Positions 52,038-60,845 of a stretch of DNA of 64,000 nucleotides are shown here, piece by piece; within the stretch, counting starts at the first letter, position 1, and each line of letters opens with the position of its first letter. Below the pieces are notes generated by a model. That model saw nothing but the letters and a program-made list of their open reading frames with translations. It had not been told where the DNA came from and ran no database searches. Source of the stretch: Chloropicon primus (lineage: Eukaryota); assembly GCA_023205875.1 (NCBI GenBank), contig CP060757.1, forward strand, positions 1,364,001 through 1,428,000, written 5' to 3'. Position numbers and translations under genes: made by a program.

Positions 52038-52294
52038 CCTCCCCCTTCCTCCTCAGAACAATCAAAGTCCACTCTCTCCTTCGGAACAGAACAGAACAGA
52101 ACAGGCTCTCCTCCTCGCCTCCCCAAACGAAGAATGAATGGATTGGATATGAATAGGAATATGAATGGGGGATTGGATATGAATATGAATAGGAATACGG
52201 ACCGGACTCAAGTCACTACCCGTCGTCGTCGTCGTCGTCGTCGGTTGTGTGTCGCACCGCACCGCACCGCACTTGTTCTTCGTGTTCGTGTTCG

Positions 52295-52337
52295 TTTAGG
52301 TTTAGGGTTTAGGGTTTAGGTTTTAGGGTTTGGGGTT
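52295..52337 (+). repeat. Interstitial telomeric (TTTAGGG)n tract / telo-box array
   Basis: tttaggtttagggtttagggtttaggttttagggtttggggtt, between the divergent ERG2 and NF-YB genes. Confidence 0.9.
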
Positions 52338-52789
52338 GTATGGATTTAGGGTGTTTTGTTGTTGTAATCTTAGTGTACTACAATCTTATCCGCTCAGCCG
52401 CACCAGGAGGGACGAACCCCACGAGGGGAGGAGACGAGAGAGTGAAGTGGAGGACGAGGAGACGAGGAGACGACGAGCGGGAACACGGGGACTGAGACCG
52501 GACAACAGGGGTGGCCAGCACAACAGACCAACGCCAGGAGAGACCAAGATACATCACGTGCTTGGGTGCGAGGACACGAGCGGCGGCTACGAACGGGAAA
52601 GGGAAGAGAGGGAGAGAGAGAGAGCGGGGGGAGGGAGGGAGAGACACGGGAGGGCGGCCGACCTGTCCTTGCGTGTGAAACGAGGAGGAGAGGGAGACCG
52701 AGGAGGCTGGTGAAGTGGGGAGAGACGGACGTAGGCGTGCCTCGAGGGGAGACACGCACGCACGAGAGGCAAGAGGAGAGACAGACAAG

Positions 52790-53197
52790 ATGGGGAAGGA
52801 CGATGAGGTGCCAGAGGGAATGCAAGAAGGAGAGATTGTCGTAATGGGAAACGTGAGGGAGCAGGACCGCTACCTCCCGATAGCGAACATATCTCGAATT
52901 ATGAAGAAGAGCCTGCCGAACAACGCGAAGATAGCCAAGGACGCGAAGGAGACCGTGCAGGAGTGCGTCAGCGAGTTCATCAGCTTTATTACGAGCGAGG
53001 CGAGCGACAAGTGCCAGAGGGAGAAGAGGAAAACGATCAACGGCGAGGACCTCTTGTGGGCGATGACCACGCTCGGGTTCGAGGACTACGTGGACCCCCT
53101 CAAGGTCTACCTGCAAAAATTCCGAGAGGCGGAGGGGCAGAAGGACGCGGCGAACAAGCAGGCGGAAACTGGGGACGGGACGAGCAACGGTTCCTAA
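52790..53197 (+). CDS. NF-YB: Nuclear transcription factor Y subunit B (CCAAT-binding, histone fold)
   Basis: [18 protein letters not shown]...[41 protein letters not shown]. Confidence 0.96.
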   Translation: MGKDDEVPEGMQEGEIVVMGNVREQDRYLPIANISRIMKKSLPNNAKIAKDAKETVQECVSEFISFITSEASDKCQREKRKTINGEDLLWAMTTLGFEDYVDPLKVYLQKFREAEGQKDAANKQAETGDGTSNGS

Positions 53198-53399
53198 GAC
53201 TCCAAGTCGGGACACGCTTGACGACGACTGGGATTGCGCCGTTGCCACGGCTTTTGCCTCGTCTCACAGACAGAGGCCTTAAACTGTACACCAAAACAAA
53301 ACAAAACAAAACTTTAGGAACATTTTGGACAAAACGCTCGTCCTCGTCCTCAGAATCTTCAACAATATACAACAGTCAACATCAATTACAGTCGTCGTT

Positions 53400-54979
53400 C
53401 TAAGCAAAGGCTGACTTGTCCACGACGTCCCAGTCCTCGAGGTCCTGGGCCTTTGGTTCCTCCCTCGGCTTTGATATCACGCTGAACTCCATTCCCAGAG
53501 CGGTGTGGTGGTGGTCCCTCCCGTGGGCCGAGGACTCCAGCACGCTCCCCGCGGTGCTTGCGCCCATCACACTCAGAGAGTCCAAGCTCCCCACCGGCTG
53601 CTCCGTCGAGGATTTGACCAAGTCCAAGGACGCGAAATGAGAGCACAGCTCCACCAGAAGGACGAGGGGGTGGGCGGACAACGCCGAGGCCTCGGCGATC
53701 AGGTCCGCGGCCCGGGCTTCCCCGCCCTCCTCCTGGTCCTTGCGAAAGTGTCCGCAGACCACACCGACGCTCCTTTGGAGCAGGTCGACGCCCTTCAAAA
53801 ACCGCGCTTTGGCCTCCGCGTTCTCTCTGGCGAGGGAGGCCGCATCCCCGCCGCTAGCCGAGGGAATGCCGCTGATGCCCGCGAGGGCGTGCACCCCAAG
53901 AATGGAGGCCTGGTCCAGGCTACTACTGCTTGTTGTTTCGACGGGAAAACACAAGAAAGCGAAGGGAAACGTTTTGATCGAATCGCAGCACAAGAAGCGG
54001 GCGGTCAGTCAATCGCGAAAGCGGCTGCAGGGGCACAAGCGTACCTTTTCTGGGCGTTCGTGTGCAAATAAAGAGGCAGCTCCTCCGACTCGCTCGAGGG
54101 CATGAGCTGCCAGTAAGACTTTGGTTGCCATATCGTGGAGTGGGAGACCCCGAACCCCATCAAGATGCTCCCGCAGCCGGTCAGGGAGCCCAAACCCATG
54201 TCCAAGCCCGTCACGTGAAGCACCGGGTAGCCCAAAATCCTGGACGCCAAGTCGAGGAGGAGGAGCAGGTACCCCAGGGCCGAGTCGACCTCCTGCTCCT
54301 TTTCCGCCGTCCAGGCTGGTTCCTTGGAAAGCAGGCCCAACGCCAGGGGAACGCTGAGGCCACACACCTTCACGTCGCCCTTGATCGCCCTCTTCCCGTC
54401 GCGGGAGTCCACCCCGACCCGCAGCTCGAGCGGCAAGGCCTGCAACAGCCTCTTCAAGGCTTTCCTCTGCTCCGCCGTGAGTTGTTGCCTCAGAGCCTCC
54501 TCGCGCGCCTTGTACCTCCTCAAGGTCGCCAGGGGGCGCCCCTCGCCCGTGATCCGCTCGATCTCCTCCCTCAAGCGCTGGACGAGCCCCCTCGCCCCCT
54601 CCAGCCTCCGCCTCGCCTCGTCGTTCTCCCTCTTCTTTTCCTCCACCTCCCTCCTCAGTCGCCTCTGCCTCTCCTTCTGCCTGTCCCTCTTCCTCTTCGC
54701 CGCCCGCCTCGCCCTCTGCTGCTCGCTCAGCGCGGCCTCCACCCTCTGGAACTCCGCCACCCTGGCCTTGAGCTCCCCCCTCCTCCCCTGCATCTCCCCC
54801 AAGTGCGCCTCGAACTCCTCGAACACTTCCCTCACGCACCTTTCGCAAGTCCCCTTCCTCTCTCTCCTCCTCACCCCCTCCTCGCAACTCACGCACTCGA
54901 CCTGGAACGAGCAGCAGGTTCCCGTCCCCTCCCTCCCAGTCCCCCCCTCCCTCTCCCTCTCCCTCTCCCCTTCCTCCAT
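53400..54979 (-). CDS. VPS38/UVRAG (ATG14-family) PI3K complex subunit, 2 exons
   Basis: N-terminal CxxC...CxxC, long coiled coil, SALGYLLLLLDLASRILGYPVLH, and LLQRSV. Intron from 54044 to about 53926. Confidence 0.75.
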
Positions 54980-55158
54980 CCCTCCCCCTCTCCCTCTCCT
55001 CCGCTCCTCCCCTCCGCTGTGTGGACTCAGCTCGGGTTTGGATCACATGGCTATCGCTTGTGGCTCAAAAGTCTGCAAAGCCAAAGCAGGGGGCTGACCG
55101 ATGGAGACTGTCTGTCTCTGTCTCACTAGCAGGGGCAGGGAGAGGGGAGGTCGGAGGG

Positions 55159-55683
55159 ATGAGGAGCAAGGTGTTCACCAGGGCGCAGGAGGTGTTGAGG
55201 AGGGTGGGCACGAGGGGGGGAGAGGAAAGGAGGGTGGTGTTCACCATGGGGGTCACGGAGAGGGGGCTGGAGGACATAGGGGAAGTTAAGGCGGTGACGT
55301 TTCCAGGGAAGGGGGCGGAGAGGGAGAAGGGGGAGGTGGTGGCAGAGGTCCACTGGGAGGGCGTGGTGGACTCCTCCGCGGACGAGATGTACCACTCGCT
55401 CTTTAGGTACGAGGGCAACGGGCTGAGGAAACTGAGGGCCCCGTTCGCCTGCACGGTGCTCGAGCTCAACTCCAAACTCGCGGCAAACCCGAACGGGCCG
55501 GAGATCCTCGACGCGGAGAGGGAGGAGGGTGGGGGCTGGATCGTGCAGCTCGAAGCTCGGGAGCGGGACCTTGAGGGGGCGCTCAAGGAGGGGGACGTCC
55601 TGAGCGAGGAGGCCTACGAGGAGGCCAAGGAAGCGGAGGACCAGCTTGGTCGGCAGGGCGACGCCGGGAGGCTTCAGTATTGA
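55159..55683 (+). CDS. Glycine cleavage H-protein-like (lipoyl/biotinyl hybrid fold) protein, atypical
   Basis: GVTERGLEDIGEV...FP..G...KGE, LRAPFACTVLELNSKL..NP, GGWIVQL and LSEEAYE align with the GCSH pattern. Confidence 0.7.
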   Translation: MRSKVFTRAQEVLRRVGTRGGEERRVVFTMGVTERGLEDIGEVKAVTFPGKGAEREKGEVVAEVHWEGVVDSSADEMYHSLFRYEGNGLRKLRAPFACTVLELNSKLAANPNGPEILDAEREEGGGWIVQLEARERDLEGALKEGDVLSEEAYEEAKEAEDQLGRQGDAGRLQY

Positions 55684-55938
55684 GGGTAAAAAATAGTTGC
55701 TACTGTTAGTACTAGTAAACGACTTTGTTGACAGCCGTGTCGTCCTTTTGCTTGTTTTACTCTATTAAGCTTAAGCTCCAACGTGTCGTGTGCGTGTGCT
55801 TCTTCGCCGCTGCGCGAAGGTGCTTGGGTCCAAAGGCAACCAAAACCAAAGCCCGGAACCAAGCAGCAAGCTCTCTCACACGACGAGCGAGGGTGGGGAC
55901 TCGCGGGCGCACGACGCTAGACGAGCGATCCCCGAGCC

Positions 55939-58107
55939 TTACTTTTTATTCTTTCCATCGCCGTCCTTGTCCTTTTTTGCAGAGTCAGGGGCGCCGTTTT
56001 TCGCCTTTCCCGCCGCGTCACCCTCACCACCGTCCTTTGGTTTCTCCTTAGAACTCGGCTCGCTTACGATGTCCTGGTCGGCCTCCATGCTCTTCTCGAT
56101 GGCCTTGCTGAGCTTCTGGAACCACTCCTCCTGGTGGAGATCCTTGAGAGCGTCCGAGGACATCTGTATGGAAGCCTTCTTCGACGCCTTGTCAGGGAAA
56201 GTCGTTGTCGGGGCGCCTAGCTGATTGCGCGAGGTCGAAGGCTTCTTGCTCCTTCCAGGCGAGAACTTTGAGAAAAAGCCCTTCATTCCCGACTTCCACT
56301 CCGCCTTGGCCACCGTACCAGGGTTGAAAATAACCCTCTCGCCTCTCTGCCCATACGTGATGCCAGGGGTATCGTTCCTCTTCGTCTGAGCAGAGTAAAG
56401 GTAAGAGTCACTGACTTTCACGTCAATGTCGGCGATGCTGCTCTTCCTTCCGTCCTTCTTCTGCTCCTCCTCCTCCTCGTTCTCCTCCACCTCCGAGTTC
56501 TTCAGTTGCTCGTTCTGGGCCTTGAAGATCATCGTTCTGGCGTCTGCGATGGACCTCATGAGCTCCAGGAACTCTGGGTACACCTGGCAGATCACGTCGA
56601 ACTTCTTCCTCTGGAGGGAGTAGAGCTCGACATGGGAGGTGGCGCGGGCGTGAGCAGTCCTACTCAGCTTCCTGTCGTAAATCAGGGGGAACTCCCCGAA
56701 GTACGAACCACTCGAGAGCGTGGTGAACACCTCCCCCGTCGCTGACTCGATGGCGATCTCCCCGTGCAAGATGAAGAACATCTCATTCGCTATCTCTCCC
56801 GTCCTGTATATCAGCTCGTTGGGTATCAGGGTGACGGGCCTCAGAGCGGGCACCAAGCTGGCCAAGACCACAGGCCTGCAAGCCTTGAAGATCGGGACCT
56901 TCTGCACCAAGTCCTTGCATATGTGCATGGAGATGTCGTTCTGGAGTGCCGGGCTCAGCTCGCTGACGAGAGCGATCTCGTCAAAGTACTTTCTCGTGTA
57001 CCACCTGTACTTGTAGTACTTGACGACCCTGCTCCTCAGCTTTTGTGGGATCCTCGCGTACGCAAAGTACTCGGTCCAAATTTCCATCTGCTCCCTGTAC
57101 TTGGCGCCTGACCTGTCCATGGACAACATAAGCGAAGACATGATACCAATGAGCACGATATAGAAAGAGGCACCGCTCATCATGGAGCAGATAATGATCC
57201 AGATCTCCAGCTGTGTCTTGGGCGGCTCCTGCCCGTAACCGATACAGAGCATATGGGACAAGGCCCTGAAGAGGGCATGGAGGTACTGGGCCAGCGTCGG
57301 CGCATCCGTGACGTGCACCCTCGCCACCCAACCGTCGTCAGGGAACCCCTCGAGCTCGGCCACCAAGAACTGCATGCACGCGTTCAGGTGAGCAAACGCA
57401 AGGATCAAGAAGACGAGCTTGAACGTTCTCAGTGCCGCGGAGTTGATGGGCAGGACGTCCTGCCATCTCTTGAGGTACCTGAAGAGTCTCGGCAGCCTGA
57501 AAATTCTCAGCAGCTTGGGCAACCGGAAGTACAGGTAGTTCTTCTTCGACGTCGAAGACGTCAGCAACAGGAGGTCGAAGGGAAAGGACGACACGAGATC
57601 AAACAAGAACCAGGTTTTCATGTACTTCTGCCGGACAAAAGTCGGATCCATGATAATGATTCCTCCGTCGTCGTATCCCGTGTTGAAGTTGATGTAAATG
57701 TCCACCATGAACCCGCAATCGATCAGAAGGTCCATCATGGAGAAGAAACCAAACTCGTTGTCACCAAAAGCAACCCTAAGGGGCAAGATTCCGCACGTGT
57801 ACATAATGCAGCAACCCATGAGCAAATCCCAGCGTGCCCTGAAGGTCGTCTTGGGGTCGTACTTCACCTTCTTGCTGTCCATCCTCTCCTCGTAATAGTT
57901 CGTGCTCGACGCGGACGAGGGGGACACAGTACCGAAAATATTTTTGAAGAAGGACATCCTTTTGTTTCTACTAATCTTGTACAGCTGCAGGTTCTTGGAG
58001 AGGTACTGCTCTATCTCCTTCCCCGCGCTGCTGGTGGCTTTCCCCGCCCCAGGGGGTTTCCGAGAGTTCCTGCCTCTCGGCAAAAGCTTTCTCAAGGCGG
58101 TACTCAT
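55939..58107 (-). CDS. 6-TM cyclic-nucleotide-binding-domain cation channel, HCN-like
   Basis: FRARWD (S1), NFNTG, YMKTWFLFDLVSSFPFD (S3), RLPKLLRIFRLPRLFRY (S4), HLNACMQFLV (S5), pore ALSHMLCIGYG, and CNBD GSYFGE...RTAHARA. Confidence 0.9.
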   Translation of the reverse strand: MSTALRKLLPRGRNSRKPPGAGKATSSAGKEIEQYLSKNLQLYKISRNKRMSFFKNIFGTVSPSSASSTNYYEERMDSKKVKYDPKTTFRARWDLLMGCCIMYTCGILPLRVAFGDNEFGFFSMMDLLIDCGFMVDIYINFNTGYDDGGIIIMDPTFVRQKYMKTWFLFDLVSSFPFDLLLLTSSTSKKNYLYFRLPKLLRIFRLPRLFRYLKRWQDVLPINSAALRTFKLVFLILAFAHLNACMQFLVAELEGFPDDGWVARVHVTDAPTLAQYLHALFRALSHMLCIGYGQEPPKTQLEIWIIICSMMSGASFYIVLIGIMSSLMLSMDRSGAKYREQMEIWTEYFAYARIPQKLRSRVVKYYKYRWYTRKYFDEIALVSELSPALQNDISMHICKDLVQKVPIFKACRPVVLASLVPALRPVTLIPNELIYRTGEIANEMFFILHGEIAIESATGEVFTTLSSGSYFGEFPLIYDRKLSRTAHARATSHVELYSLQRKKFDVICQVYPEFLELMRSIADARTMIFKAQNEQLKNSEVEENEEEEEQKKDGRKSSIADIDVKVSDSYLYSAQTKRNDTPGITYGQRGERVIFNPGTVAKAEWKSGMKGFFSKFSPGRSKKPSTSRNQLGAPTTTFPDKASKKASIQMSSDALKDLHQEEWFQKLSKAIEKSMEADQDIVSEPSSKEKPKDGGEGDAAGKAKNGAPDSAKKDKDGDGKNKK

Positions 58108-59150
58108 GGTGGCCTAAACCAAACACGGAAGACTACCTACTGCAAGCTTTTTTCCGCAAACTTGACTTTCGACCTAAAACGCCTCGTCTACGAACGCGAC
58201 GAAATTCCAAGAGAAACACGGTTTCGTCAGTGACCCCGCGTCCCTCTTTGGTGGCCTCTCTCGGTCCCCCGCCCCACAGCGGTGTCCTTATTCGAGGGGG
58301 ATTGGGCTTTACCTTGGTCACTACTTGGGCACTTCCTTTGTGCATCCCATCCTCCAAAGTGTGTTCGGTCCTTGTTGTCGGTCGTGTGTGGTGTGTCGCC
58401 GCTCCCCAACCACCCCTATGTCATAGTCAGTCCACTGTCGTCCTCGTTTCGCGCGTCTGTTGTGTGTGTTTGGGACAAGGACAAGTGTGGTGTCGTTGTG
58501 TCTCGCTCGTTGTCGTGTGGGTGTGAGTGTGAGTGTGAGTGTGAGTGAGTGTTGTCTCCTTTTTTCCCCCAAGGCCAGGCAGCCTGTGTCCTCCTGCGTC
58601 TTCGGTTCCTGCTGTCTGCACCAAGACCTGGACAGAGGCCTCTTCTCTAAGAAGGAATGAGATATCCAAACTCCACGAGAAGGGAGAAGGGAGAGTGGAG
58701 AAGGGAGAGAGTGGAGAGAGTGGAGAGAGTGGAGAGAGTGGAGAGTGGAGTGGAGTCAATTCATGTCATAACTCAAAAAACCATTCCAGGGAACAACGAA
58801 AGGTGACCTCCCCAACGATTAGATTCATGGACTCCTTTTCTTTCCCTTCTTTTCTTTCCTTTTTTTCTTTTTGATACTGGAGGAGGAACATGGAGGAGAA
58901 AACGAAACGAAACGAAACGAAACGAAACGAATCTTGTCTTCTCCAAGACAAAGACAAAGGCGCAAAAGACAATGCTGGATGCTTGTGTTGTGTTGTGTTT
59001 TGTTGTGTTTTGTTGTCCCTCCCCAAGGGAAAGGGGGAAAGGGATCTCGTCCAAGGGTTTCTTCCCTGTCAACAAACCAAAACCCCCTGGCTCCTCATGG
59101 AAATTTCCACATCCTGGAACTAGAGGAGCAATAACAATAACGCAGCACGA

Positions 59151-59186
<36 letters not shown>

Positions 59187-59316
59187 GGACGACACCACAG
59201 GACACCACAGGACATCACAGGAGGCCGCAGGAGGCCGCAGGAGGCCGCAGGAGGTCGAGACACACACTAGCACTGACTCACTGACGCTGGAGGACTAGAG
59301 GTTGTGAGGGACGGAG

Positions 59317-60755
59317 ATGTTCTTGACGATCAGTACTGAGGGAGAGGAGCTGGGGGATAAGGTCGTGCAGATAGACGTGGGGGAGGAGGAGACGATAGAG
59401 AACGTCAAGTGCATACTGGAAGCGGAGACGGGGGTAGAGGTCAAGGACCAGGTACTTGTGCACAATGGGAAGGAGGTGACCGAGGGGAACCATGCAACGC
59501 TAGCGACGCACGGGGTCAAGGACAACGATCTCATCATGCTCCTGTCCAGGAAGAACGTGGGAGGAGGAAGGTAAAGAGCGACTTCTTGGTTTTGGCTCGC
59601 ACGCATTCGCATTCGATCGTGACTGACTCGCGCGTGATCCTCTACCCTTCGATGGCCAGCCGCCCCGGTGCGGGCGGAACGGGTCAGAACCCCACCGCGT
59701 TGGGGCGCGACGGCCTCCCAGCGGACCTCGAAGCCTTCATGGACCACTTTGCGTCGAACCCTGCTTTGCAGCAGCAGCTGGAGCAGCAGAACCCTCAGTT
59801 TGCGCACGCGCTGCGAACGAGGAACGGGGCTGCTGTGACGCGGATGATGAACCAGATCCAACAGAATCGGAGGGAGGAGCTGAAGAGGAAGCAGGCGGAG
59901 CTGGCGCTCTTGGAGGCTGACCCTTTCGATCCAGAGGCCCAGGCCCGGATCGCGAGCATGATCAAGCAAGAAAACGTCAACGAGAACTTGAACAATGCGA
60001 TGGAAAACTCGCCAGAGCTTTTCGGAAACGTCATCATGCTCTACGTCAACATGGAAGTGAACGCAATCCCGTTGAAAGGTAAGCTACCGCCTCGCGCCCC
60101 GTGGCACCATGAAACGTGCGGCTGACCCAAACGACACGTGCAATCTCCTCTCTGCTCCAAAGCTTTTATTGACAGCGGAGCTCAGATGACCATCATGTCC
60201 AAGAGCTGCGCACAAAAGTGCAACCTGCTGCACTTGCTGGACGAGAGGTGGCAGGGCATCGCCAAAGGGGTGGGCCAGTCCAAAATTCTGGGACGCATTC
60301 ACTCGGCTCCCGTGAAGGTGGGCGACAAGCACCTGCCGTGCGCAATCACGGTGCTGGAGCAGGACGGAATGGAGTTCCTGTTCGGTCTTGACAACTTGAG
60401 GCGGTACCAGTGCTCGATCAACTTGCAGAGCAACAACTTGGAGTTTCCCAGTTTGGACGTCGCCGTCCCCTTCCTCTCTGAAGGGGAGCTCCCAAAGCAC
60501 ATGAGGGGCCAGCCTTCCTCGCCCACCAAGAAGGAGAGCCAGGGCAATGCGGGCGCACCCTCGTCGAACGTAGGCTCAGGGCCCGCCCAAACGACGGCGC
60601 AGCCCGCTCCTGCTTCGGCAACGAGCGAGATGGACGCAAACATCGCCAAGCTCGTCGAACTCGGATTCACCGAGGAGAAGGCCAAGAAGGCCTTGCAAGC
60701 GTGCAACAACAACGTCGACATGGCGGCCAGCGTGCTCTTCTCCGGGGGAATCTAG
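59317..60755 (+). CDS. DDI1: DNA damage-inducible protein 1 (UBL + retroviral-like aspartyl protease + UBA), 3 exons
   Basis: Introns 59571..59659 and 60079..60162. [44 protein letters not shown], and UBA LVELGF...[10 protein letters not shown]. Confidence 0.95.
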
Positions 60756-60845
60756 GGCAAGGTCGTCTTCCCTCGCGGGGTCCTACTATGAGGTGGGTTG
60801 TTTTCTTACAATAATATCGATACTGTACCACTACTAGTGATATTT

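Noticed and set aside
60138..60420. Retroviral-type aspartyl protease (DSG) as a retrotransposon remnant
   Set aside because: It is the RVP domain of the host DDI1 gene, between UBL and UBA domains.
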